From: Octopus sinensis
Taxonomy: Eukaryota
Length of the DNA stretch: 64,000 bases
Assembly: GCF_006345805.1 (NCBI RefSeq)
Contig: NC_043021.1
Location: forward strand, 4,402,001 to 4,466,000
Reading direction: 5' to 3'
Below, piece by piece: positions 51,026-62,064 of the stretch. Position numbers and translations under genes: made by a program. The notes under the pieces are model-generated. The model worked only from the letters and a program-made list of their open reading frames with translations, did not search any database and had not been told where the DNA came from. Position 1 is the first letter of the stretch. The number at the start of each line of letters is the position of its first letter.

Positions 51026-51610
51026 TGATTTATTTTATTTGCTACCAGGACAGACACAGCTGTAACCCCATTAATAAAAAGTCTACGGGACTAGACACGG
51101 AAATAACAGAAACGATATTACATTAATGGTCTATCTTTTTGGTACTAGGTCAGCGATTTTGTGGGGCAGGGATTAGTCGATAGCATCGACCCTAATACTC
51201 GACTGGTACCGTAATTTATCGACACCGAACGGATGAAAGGTGAAGTTCAACCTTGGTCGGATTTGGACTCAAACTGTAAAGAGCCGGAGTAAATACCGCG
51301 AAACAAATTATCCAACATTCTAACGATCCTTCTGAACAACGATACCCATCAATAGTAAGTGGGTGGAGTTTCATTAATGGTTGTTCCTCAAAGTACCACT
51401 CTGCATGGATTCCCCACCCGCTTTGTGTTGAAAGTATTTCTGTATTACAAGCGAGGGGAAATATTCTGGGGGGAAAAATATATTTCAAAACCCCGCCGAT
51501 AATTGTTTTGTAACATAAGCATTAAACAAAATTTGGTACGAGGGATTACTTTTAGTGTGTTTTAGCGGTTGCCCTCGGAGGGATTTGAACTCAGAACGTA
51601 AAGTGACGTA

Positions 51611-51695
51611 GGTAAAGAATACGCACACCCGGTGTTTAGGGTTAGGTTTAAGTTTAGGGTTACGCCGAAAACGAGTGGTGTGCGTACTCTTTACC
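51611..51695. mobile_element. Small MITE with 19-bp TIRs (GGTAAAGARTACGCACACC) enclosing TTAGGG-like repeats
   Basis: TIRs differ by 1 base; internal TTTAGGGTTAGGTTTAAGTTTAGGGTTA. Confidence 0.75.
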
Positions 51696-52090
51696 TATTT
51701 CTTTACTACCCACAAGGGGCTAAACACAGAGGGGACAAACAAGGACAGACAAACGGATTAAGTCGATCACATCGACCCCAGTGTGTAACTGTTACTTAAT
51801 TTATCGACCCCGAAAGGATGAAAGGCAAAGTCGACCTCGGCGGAATTTGAACTCAGAACGCAAATATCCTTTAATATATATACATATATATCTTAAAGGA
51901 TATCTGTTTCTTTATTGCCCACAAGGGGCTAAACACAGAGGGGACAAACAAGGACAGACAAACGGATTAAGTCGATTACATCGACCCCCCAGTGCGTAAC
52001 TGTTACTTAATTTATCGACCCCCGAAAGGATGAAAGGCAAAGTCGACCTCGGCGGAATTTGAACTCAGACCATAACGGCAGACGAAAATA
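51696..52090 (-). mobile_element. Two headless family B units in tandem
   Basis: Both lack the head; the right-hand unit begins at the GACGAAATAC site, the left-hand one ~12 bp further in. Confidence 0.85.
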
Positions 52091-52474
52091 CACCGCTGCC
52101 TGTAAAGTGGGGTCTCGGATACAAAAGCAACATTAATTAGAAGACAAATAATTTCGAATGCTCAGTTACAAAATGTTAACAAATGTAGAAAAGACTAATT
52201 TCTAACACTGTATTATAAAGGTGAGGAATTTGAGAAGAGAAAGTCGGTTATATCGACCACGGGAGGATGAAACGCGAAGTTGACCAAGGTAGAATTTGAA
52301 CTCAAAACAATAAGGACCCGCAACTAAATAATGGGATTTGTAACAATTCGGAAAATATTTGTTAATGAGTTTTATGTATATATACATTACTATAGCATAA
52401 ATATCTGTATTAATTATTCATTTTTAAGAAAAATATGAAAAATAACAAGAAGAATTATATTTGAATGTTATTTT

Positions 52475-52499
52475 GGATCTTTACTCTTTGAAAAGATCC
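52475..52499. mobile_element. 25-bp minimal derivative of the GGATCTTTT MITE family with a perfect 8-bp TSD
   Basis: GTTATTTT|GGATCTTTACTCTTTGAAAAGATCC|GTTATTTT. Confidence 0.75.
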
Positions 52500-53378
52500 G
52501 TTATTTTTGGGTTTTTTTCATCGACCTTCAATAAAAATATATATATATATATAATACTAAAACATTGCCGTTTTAAAAAAGTGTTTCAATTCATTCAATT
52601 AAAAAGTATTCGTGTTTCTACAATATCATGAAAGAAACTTTGTTACGAGTTTCATTTAAAAAATTTTTTTTCCATTCATTGAAAAGTCGTCCTAACAACG
52701 ACCACTCAATTATAATTGTATATAAAACTGACATACAACAATAAGAAAAAAAACAGCGTGAATAAATTCTACACATATTTACAAAACAGAAATATATATA
52801 TATATACATACATACATGGAGGAAATGAGTTTATTTTCTTTTTTCTGTCTTAACTGTAGGTAAAACTACCACCTCGTGTTTTTGTTACTGGCAATAATGT
52901 CTCATATATAATTCTTGCTCTCGTGGTTACCACTACACATTGTATGTAACTAAACATGTCACAGAAATTTACTATCCAGGAATAAACAACGCACCTGTCT
53001 TTCACCTTCCTTTACCTTACCTAATTAAGCAACAGCTTCTATCATTTCTTCGTCTCTCTCTCCTCTTTCACATATTTTTATATCTCTATCTTACTTCTCA
53101 TTCATATCCTCTTACCTTTTCTAATCACTTCTCTTAGTTTCTTTGTTTCTTTTCTCGCTATTTCTTCTTCTTCGTCTCTCTCTCTCTCTCTTCCTCCCAT
53201 AAGACCTTAGTCTCTTTATCTGATTATTTACCGCTAGTTTCCTCCGCATTCTTTCATTTAATATGTCACACGTATCTCATTCGGACGGCTTTTTCTACCC
53301 TTATATGTCTCTCTTCCATCTTGTTTTAGTCTATATATGTCTCTGTCTATTTCTCTCTCTTTATTTTTTCTATCTAGC

Positions 53379-55092
53379 TACATTCATACATACAAACATA
53401 CATACATACATTCATACATGCATGCATACAAACATACATTCATGCATATACTTACATACATGCATACATACATACATTCATACATATATACATACATACA
53501 TTCATACATATATACATACATACATTCATATATACATACATACATACAAACATACATACATACATTCATACATATATACATACATTCATACATGCATGCA
53601 TACATACATACATAAATTCATGCATACATTCATACATGCATACATACATACATACATACATACATACATTCATATATACATACATTCATACATATATACA
53701 TACATTCATTCATATATACATACATACATTCATACAAACATACATACATACATGCATGCATGCATATATACATACATACATTCATACATGCATGCATATA
53801 TACATACATTCATACATACAAACATACATTCATACATGCATGCATATATACATACATTCATACATACAACATACATACATACATTCATACATGCATGCAT
53901 ACATACATACATGCATGCATATATACATACATACATACATACATACACATACATTCATACATATATACATACATACATTCATACATATATACATACATAC
54001 ATTCATATATACATACATACATACAAACATACATTCATACATACAAACATATATACATACGTTCATGCATGCATACATACATACATAAATTCATGCATAC
54101 ATTCATACATGCATACATACATACATACATACATACATACATACATTCATATATACATACATTCATACATATATACATACATTCATTCATATATACATAC
54201 ATACATTCATACAAACATACATACATGCATGCATGCATATATACATACATACATTCATACATGCATGCATATATACATACATTCATACATACAAACATAC
54301 ATTCATACATGCATGCATACATACATACATACATACATACATACATACATACATACATACATACATACATACATACATACATACATACATTCATACATAC
54401 ATACACAAATTCATACATACATACATAAATTCATACATACATACATTCATACATACATACACAAATTCATACATACATACATAAATTCATACATACATAA
54501 ATTCATACATACATACATAAATTCATACATACATACACAAATTCATACATCTCTCTCTATATAAACGGCAGTTTGTCTGTGCGTTTTCTGTGTGTCTGTT
54601 TTCTCGTACCCTCACTCTGACTACGGCTTTCAACCGATTCTGATGAAACTTGACACACACATAGCCCAATGTCATAATTCAAAACTAACACAGCGAAAAT
54701 TTTGAAAAGTTCCCCCAGTTCTGAAAAAAATCGATAAATTCGACATGGGGTCGAGAATCAGAAACCCAAACCACAGACCGTCTAGGGGACGCAACTCCAC
54801 CTTTTTTAACTCAAAAAAATTTACCATCATTTTTTTCCCATTTTTTTGCTATTTTTTGGCTATAACTCTCTAAAAATGCTTTATAGTTATTTCCCTTACA
54901 AACCTGAGCAACGCCGGGCGATACTGCTAGTACATACATAAATTCATACATACATAAATTCATACATACATAAATTCATACATACATACATACATTCATA
55001 CATACATACACAAATTCATACATACATACATAAATTCATACATACATACATAAATTCATACATACATACACAAATTCATACATACATACATA
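53379..55092. repeat. Long compound (TACA/TTCA/TGCA)n satellite with an internal higher-order duplication
   Basis: Directly visible; the diagnostic variant CATAAATTCATGCATACATTCATACATGCA recurs at 53611 and 54084. Confidence 0.95.
54550..54930 (+). mobile_element. Non-autonomous Helitron inserted at A|T inside the satellite
   Basis: ACA|TCTCTCTCTATATAAACGG ... CCTGAGCAACGCCGGGCGATACTGCTAG|TAC; no TSD. Confidence 0.85.
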
Positions 55093-55371
55093 CAGTTTCA
55101 TAGAACAAGCAGATGTACTTTTTTTATATTCTTAATTGCTCAATTTAAAAGGGGAAAGTGTGTGCAGTTCTTACTACGTTTTTCTTTTCTCTCTCACAAT
55201 GCGTCTGCATTTCCTTTCGTTTCTATTCTTTTATTTGTTTCGGTTATTTGACTGCGGCCATGCTGCAGCACCGCCTTTAGTCTAGGAAATCGACCCTAGG
55301 ACTTATTCTTTGTAAGCCTAGTACTTATCCTGTTGGTCTCTTTTGCCGAACCGGTAAGTTACGGGACATAA

Positions 55372-55404
<33 letters not shown>

Positions 55405-55547
55405 CATATACCGGAGTAAACACATAAATGTGAAACAAGGTGGAAAAAAGAGTACTCAAATACCAGTGGTAGAGTTATGCTTTATTTAAAGCAACGGGAA
55501 ACTCAGAGTAACAGGTTTTGTTGAATTTTCTGCTGCTTTAAATAAAG

Positions 55548-55616
<69 letters not shown>

Positions 55617-56114
55617 TATGTGTGTGTGTGTGTATTACAAATAAGAAAATGGAGAAGCACATTAGTTGGTTCATCAGCTTTAGGATATTAAATTGTTGAC
55701 TTATATATTTATCAAAACGACAACCATAACATAAATATATGCTGGGTACTAGTATCGTAGTACCTATATGCTGTATAAAATTCAATGCATATAAGATAAG
55801 AATACAAGTAGTTATTAAAAACATATACGACAGGCTTCCTTCAGTTTCCGTCTATCAAATCCACTCACAAGTAGGGCTCGCAAAGTTTATATTCTCTGTT
55901 CGCAAAGTTTATATTCTCTGTTATCAAAGTTCGCTCGTACAAAATCTTGCAAAATTTCATTTTTTTGTAGGAGATTTACGGAAAAGTTTTGAAATTTTTC
56001 TTACCTTATTTCAAACTTTGTTAAATTCAGGTTTTAGCTGGGGAAAACAAGCATTTTCGTGAACCAAATCTGTTTGACAAAGTATGTCTTGTTGGCTTAT
56101 GTCAGCTTCATCAT

Positions 56115-56227
56115 CACTATCGTCTGTTATGGCGATCACTATCGTCTGTTATGGCGACCCCTATCGTCTGTTATAGCAACCCCTATCGTCTGTTATGGCG
56201 ACCCATATCGTCTGTTATAGCGATCTC
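56115..56227. repeat. 22-bp CpG-containing minisatellite (CTATCGTCTGTTATRGCRAYCM), ~5 copies
   Basis: Directly visible tandem periodicity. Confidence 0.9.
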
Positions 56228-56598
56228 TTCACTTTTTTTATCAAAAAATTTAGTGTTACTTCCTTGAAATGAATCTGGAACTGGTTATTACATATGCTCA
56301 ACGGGAAAGATCACCCGACTGAAGACTAACAGCATCCCCTTGACTTGCTATGAATAAACTCAGTTACCTGCAAATTCAAAGAGTCAGCCAGGGGTTAGCG
56401 AAGGAGATGACAAGGTGCTGATCTAAGTTTCAAGGGGAAAGAAGGTGAGAATTGATATGTTGCGATATGTTTCAATGAAACAGACAGCACTCTCAACTAA
56501 AAGCGACCGACAACAGTTCAGTCAGTTCAGTTTCAACGATATTTCTTGAAAAGTAAAAATGGAGAAATGTTTTGCGAAAAAAAAAAAAAAGAAACAGC

Positions 56599-56713
56599 GG
56601 ATCTTTTCACTTTGACCGGCGCATTTAAAAAATAGTTATTTGTAACTAAACACTTTTAAGCTTCGTATACAGGTAGAATGTGTTACATAAAACATCTTTT
56701 ATTGAAAAGATCC
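56599..56713. mobile_element. 115-bp derivative of the GGATCTTTT MITE family
   Basis: GAAACAGC|GGATCTTTTCA...TTGAAAAGATCC|AAAACAGC (8-bp TSD, 1 mismatch); internal sequence matches the start of 58484-58888. Confidence 0.85.
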
Positions 56714-57388
56714 AAAACAGCAAGCATTAAAATCGGTTTTGGCAAATCGGTTTCGGTTTTACTGATCATAATATTGTAACTAATAGCCATTTTGAAATAT
56801 GGCGCGAATTGGCAATATGATGTAATGTATTGCCTAAGAATTATTATTTTCGTGTTTTCCATTGGTTAATAATATAACTGCTCATATAAGGATTCTAAAA
56901 AGTTACGTAAAGAATATTTGTAATGTATTTCGATTCTTTTAAGTCAAGTTGAGCAGTTATCAAAACCCTGGATTTTGGGAAAAACCTTAGTGTTTTGTTG
57001 GTTGTAACTGAACTCCACGACACTCAACCCTTTGAGACTTTGGTGATTTTCATGCCATGTCCAAAGACAATCACAAGTTTATTTTGAATTGTTGATTAAT
57101 CTATTAGTTAGATTTACGAATTAGTTAATGAATATATAGTCGTACTTCTACACGACGGAAATTGTCTTTCCTTTCTAATGTAAATGATATAAAATGTTAT
57201 ATTTATATAATAAAACTAATTAAGAAAATGTTTCTCTTCATGTTTTTTTCAACTGAGTATAAATAAATATGCATTTCAGTAATCATTAAATTATATTTTC
57301 TTTTAGCGGTTAAATGAACACTAAGAAAATATACGTACATGTTAATATTCATAGCGTTTCATGAGTATATTTCTCTATGGCATTATAT

Positions 57389-57756
57389 GGGAAACACTCC
57401 GTCGGTTACGACGACGAGGGTTCCGGTTGATCTGAATCAACGGAACAGCCTGCTCGTGAAATTAACGTGTAAGTGGCTGAGCACTCCACAGACACGTGTA
57501 CCCTTAACGTAGTTCTCGGGGATATTCAGCGTGACACAGAGAGTGACAAGGCCACCCCTTTGAAGTACAGGTACAACAGAAACAGGAAGTAAGAGTGAGA
57601 GAAAGTTGTGGTGAAAGAGTACAGCAAGGATCATCACCATCCCCTGCCGGAGCCTGTTTTCGCTCAATAAACACTCACAACGCCCGGTCTGGGAATCGAA
57701 ACCGCAATCCTATGACCGCGAGTCCGCTGCCCTAACCACTGGGCCATTGCGCCTCC
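57389..57756 (-). mobile_element. SINE family D with TSD
   Basis: Direct repeat ATGGCATTATAT at 57377-57388 and 57757-57768. Confidence 0.9.
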
Positions 57757-58121
57757 ATGGCATTATATACTGTAGTTCGGAATCATTACATTCACCCTTA
57801 CTCAAAAAAGCCAAATAAATTAATCTATTTCCCAATAGAAAGCAATAAATAGCATTACATTACTGTAACAAAACTAAATAGAGAATATACTATAATAATA
57901 TAACCTAAGAGAAAGCTCAAGGTATCCTAAAACCAGCTATAATATAAAACCTCGAGGCCGACTCACAAGGCTTTGGTCGGCCCGGGGCTATGGTAGAAGA
58001 CACTTGCTCAAGGTGCCACGCAGTGAGACTGAACCCCTGTTACTTTCCCTTTCTTTCTTCTGAATTTCAACGGTTCCTTTTTGTTTCAGTTATCTTATAT
58101 CTTACACTAATATTCTCTCTA

Positions 58122-58190
<69 letters not shown>

Positions 58191-58193
58191 GTA

Positions 58194-58249
<56 letters not shown>

Positions 58250-58483
58250 ACACACACACCGAGTACCGCGCAGGTCCTTGCATTTTCTAATGATTACAAA
58301 TGTCAACGGTTGAAAAACGGACCTAGTCTTCTCATCCGTAAAATGAGCCTCATTAAATTTTGCTCTGATTGCTTTCAATTTTGGTGTATCAATGCAACCC
58401 TGCACTTTGATTACGACCAACCTATTACTTTATCTCGTAAATTAAAGAATCTGGTGTTATTTGGAATTAAAGTTGGGATATTT

Positions 58484-58888
58484 GGATCTTTTCGGTTTGA
58501 ACGGCAGTTTTTAAAAATAATTTCCACGTAACTAAACACTTTTAAACTTCGTATACTGGTAGAATGTGTTTATAAAACATCTTTTTCTCTTGGCTTTATT
58601 GAGAAAATTCTATAGTTTGTAAGATATTTGTTGTTTTTTCTTCAATTTCTGCAATTTCAACCAATCACTGACGTCTATTGAGGTGAAAACATTCTGTGCC
58701 GTATGAATATGTCCCTCGCTTGAGAAACAGATTGGGTTTATTTACATTTCTGAAGAAAAAAAAGATACCCCCCTAACCCTAGCCCTAAAACAGATTGAAA
58801 TGCAATAGATCGATACTAGGGTCATAATTATGGGTGACAACTTCATATGACACCGCTAGAAAAACTGCCGTTCAAACCGAAAAGATCC
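58484..58888. mobile_element. 405-bp MITE, TIR GGATCTTTTCGGTTTGAACGGCAGTTTTT, 8-bp TSD
   Basis: Perfect 29-bp TIRs; TSD GGATATTT on both sides; contains CCCTAACCCTAGCCCTAA. Confidence 0.9.
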
Positions 58889-59400
58889 GGATATTTGGGT
58901 AATTTTAGCTAATCAACAGACAGCGAGGCATTAACAGCTTGTTACCATGTCAACCACGCGTTGAGTTGTGTTTCACCCGCATGTGTTGATTTTTCACACT
59001 ACGAGGTTTACTTCATCCGTGTGTTTTGTTTTAATAAAAAATTTATATTTATCAATTAGAATCTTATTGTAGTGGGAAAGGTGTAGCAAAAGACGTTGAT
59101 TTAACAGATGAAATAGGCAGGTGGACGACATGAAAGTAAGACAATGGGAAAGCATCGGATTGTGGTTTGAATAATTTATTTAATCGACACTTGCATTTAT
59201 TTGTTGTATACACACAAAAATTCATTACATGACATTAGCAACTTGCAGAAAATTTCTGTCTCGCTATTGACTAAAAGTACACATTTTTTCAATTTTTAAA
59301 CCTCTGTAACTTTTTCCTCCAAATTTCTTTCTTCACAACATCATGCCTTCATAGCAATTACACTGGAAAATTTTATTATTATAGCCGATTTTCAGATTTT

Positions 59401-59804
59401 TTACTCTTTTACTTGTTTCAGTCATTTGACTGCGGCCATGCTGGAGCACCGCCTTTAGTCGAGCAAATCGACCCCGGGACTTATTCTTTGTAAGCCCAGT
59501 ACTTATTCTATCGGTCCCTTTTGCCGAACCGCTAGTGACGGGGACGTAAACACACCAGCATCGGTTGTCAAGCAATGCTAGGGGGACAAACACACACAAA
59601 CACACACACATACACATATATACATATATATGCATATATACGACAGGCTTCTTTCAGTTTCCGTCTACCAAATCCACTCACAAGGCATTGGTCGGCCCGG
59701 GGCTATAGCAGAAGACACTTGCCCAAGGTGCCACGCAGTGGGACTGAACCCGGAACCATGTGGTTGGTTAGCAAGCTACTTACCACACAGCCACTCCTGC
59801 GCCT
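59401..59804 (-). mobile_element. SINE family A, full length
   Basis: Matches the A consensus. Confidence 0.9.
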
Positions 59805-59924
59805 ATTGTCTTTTAAAGAATGAATATTTTGCGAATGAAAAAAATCTAGATCCTAAAACTAATAAAATAAAATAAATCTGTAGAATCCAAAGTAGTGAGA
59901 TTCTACTTCGGCAGAGAGATGGTA

Positions 59925-60525
59925 CACAAAATACGTTTCAGAATTTTTCAAGCTTTTCCAGGAGAGACATTTATTGATTCCAGAGAAGTACAAAACTCCT
60001 TCAAATTAGGATCCTCTCACTTCAAAGCACGTGTAGCATTCCAGCCACTTTGTGAAGCCCCCATAGAAAGTGAAAGACCCTTGTGACAGCCTCCTTCATT
60101 TTCAAAACGACTGCCCTTGATTTTTTACTTCACCTTGGGAAACAGCCGAAAGACACAGGGATAAAGGCCTGGAGTGTAGGGAGGGTGGAGGACAGTTTTG
60201 ATGCCCATCTCTGTCAAGTAGTTGGTTACCAAGATGCTCGTTACTGGGCATCTTGGGAACAAGCTTCACAAATTTTGTGCATGATCAGACCTTCACGAAT
60301 AATTCTGTGTACTGTTGCCACACCAACCCAAACTGTATACTTATTGTCTTTACAGATTGCCGTCTCTTTCCTACCACACTCCTCTTCATCTCTCATATCC
60401 ACTCTACTGCCCTTGAACTTCTTGAACCAGCAAAAAAAAAACATCTTCAGTTCATAAAAGCTAATCAATAAGCAATCTGGAGTATTTCATAAGTTTCTGT
60501 AGCATTTTAGCTCGGTTGCACATTG
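59925..60525 (-). mobile_element. Internally deleted mariner transposase remnant
   Basis: N-terminal ATETYEILQIAY...WFKKFKGSRVDMRDEEECGR...VATVHRIIRE is joined to C-terminal YLTEMGIKTVLHPPYTPGLYPCVFRLFPK...GSRFE...FTKWLE...FEG. Confidence 0.8.
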
Positions 60526-60559
60526 TTTTCACATCCCGACTGGCAACATTCTGCCAACT

Positions 60560-60880
60560 AGTTAGCTTTGAAAAGTAGTGTTGAGAAGGGTATTTTCTAA
60601 GAGCTGTTACAGTTCCTAATCCTAACCCTTAATAAGCAGTGCTCGTTATAGCTGATTAGTTTGCAGAAGGCCGTTGGGTGATGGGGACAATTTGGAAGCT
60701 CGCTACACAAAAACGTTTGATGTTAAACTTGGCAAAAACGCTACTGGTTGAGAAAATTTATAACTTCCTGGGACCTTCACGAAATGTCTGGAGCGCTGCA
60801 AGTGCATTGAAGTAGCAACACCCTACTTTGAAGGAGATAAGGGTTTTATACTTCATCGAAAGGAAATGAGGACAGCAGAG
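60560..60880 (+). mobile_element. Second, shorter mariner deletion derivative in opposite orientation
   Basis: VKLGKNAT-like N-terminus joined almost directly to GTFTKCLERCKCIEV..PYFEGD. Confidence 0.6.
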
Positions 60881-60942
60881 TAAAGTCCTTGATAGACCTT
60901 GATCCATAGGGAGAGAAGGTTTCAGAAGTAGTAAGGGAATAA

Positions 60943-61189
60943 CGTGGACATGCCTACAAAGTCAGAAAACAGCACAGCTCCCATAACTTTCGGAAACATT
61001 TTTTCACGCTCAGAGTTGCTGAAGCATCGAACAAACTGCCTGCGTCAGTTGTTGACTGCCATGACACTGCATCCTTTAAGGCCCTCATGCTTTCCGAAAT
61101 CCACCTGATTATACATACACTTTAGATGAGTTGTAGTGCACCTGAGCACTGTACACAATGTTTTATTATTATTATATTATTATTATTAT
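60943..61189 (+). mobile_element. CR1-clade LINE 3' end (older relative of the 1011 family)
   Basis: CGTGGACAT...TACAAAGTCAGAAAACAGCACAGCTCC...GTGCACCTGAGCACTGTA; (ATT)n tail. Confidence 0.85.
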
Positions 61190-61505
61190 AAGGAGTTTGT
61201 TGAGTAACAGGAGGCACTCCGTCTGAGCTGCTAGAAGTAGTAGCCAATTTTTTAAGCAGTAGCAAATTAGGTACGCTACCAACATAAAAAAGTGAGGGGC
61301 AGATTTAATAATGTAGTCCCAGAAATACTTCCTGAAAACAAGACAGAATATTAATGGCTGGAAAGCTTTTGTTTAAAGATCTGAATAGGTTTTCGTTTAT
61401 ATTATCAATTATACAGTTGAATAAATACGTGTATGGTGAGAAGATAAATCTGACGTTTCAGTACTGATACTGCGTCCGAAAGAAAAGACAATTTTCAATT
61501 GAATA

Positions 61506-61637
61506 CAGGGTGTCCCCCAAAAATGTATACACATAGTGGTTCGGCAAAAGAGAACGATAGAATAAGTACTAGGCTTACAAAGAATAACAAATTTACAAGT
61601 ATTTAAGGTGTGTATACATTTTTTTGGGGACACCCTA
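61506..61637. mobile_element. Tc1-type MITE containing a family A SINE fragment
   Basis: TA|CAGGGTGTCCCCCAAAAATGTATACACA ... TGTGTATACATTTTTTTGGGGACACCCTA|TA; inside is TAGTGGTTCGGCAAAAGAGAACGATAGAATAAGTACTAGGCTTACAAAGAATAA. Confidence 0.8.
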
Positions 61638-61756
61638 TATTTCGAAAAATCTCTATTTAGATGGACGAAAGACCAACACAGAAACAAGAAATTTCTTTTC
61701 CTTGTGAATTTTCCCCCATCACTAACAGGTCACTCGGAGTCATCTCCCTTATTTCA

Positions 61757-61780
61757 CTCTAGAATCCCATGATGCAATTC
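61757..61780 (+). promoter_or_regulatory. Candidate Staf/ZNF143-like site (TCCCATGATGCA) ~180 bp upstream of the USP30-like ATG
   Basis: Resembles the TTCCCANNATGCA consensus; motif match only. Confidence 0.35.
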
Positions 61781-61955
61781 TACAACAACCTCCATAATTG
61801 ACTTTTATTCAATAGGAACTACGCTTCGCTCATTTATAAATATATATAACGTTTCACTGCACATTATTACCGAAAATATATACACTTTGTTGTATACACG
61901 TTAGTTCGTGTTACACGTGATGCTGTAGTTGTGTTGTAGCAGCTGTTTTGAAGCG

Positions 61956-62064
61956 ATGTTTTACAAGAACACGGCTCTCGTGGGTCTGATCACAGTGACG
62001 GTCGCCACAGCCGCTGCCTATGTTTTGTGGGGTCCACCACACAAGAAGAAGAGCCGCAAAAAAG
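61956..62064 (+). CDS. USP30: First coding exon of a ubiquitin carboxyl-terminal hydrolase 30-like protein (mitochondrial outer-membrane anchor)
   Basis: MFYKNTALVGLITVTVATAAAYVLWGPPHKKKSRKK-G|GTAAC: a hydrophobic stretch, then YVLWGP and a basic cluster, matching the USP30 N-terminal YVIWGP...RKKRRKG pattern. Phase-1 donor; the catalytic domain is outside the window. Confidence 0.75.

Noticed and set aside
51864-51903. 11-bp inverted repeat ATATCCTTTAA...TTAAAGGATAT around a TA tract
   Set aside because: Too short and AT-rich to distinguish from chance or a MITE relic.
53263-54564. 433-aa ORF and overlapping ORFs
   Set aside because: Translation of the (TACA)n satellite; no stop codons only because of repeat composition.
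59120-59140. ATGAAA|GTAAGA as an upstream coding exon for USP30
   Set aside because: Joining it to the nearby acceptors (TAG| or CAG| at ~61939-61942) gives an in-frame TGA before the USP30-like ATG.
235-59875. Recurrent ORFs beginning MSSNARGTNT..., MLGGQTQ..., MTTDAGVF..., MDGSTGV...
   Set aside because: They are translations of SINE families A and C, not a gene family.
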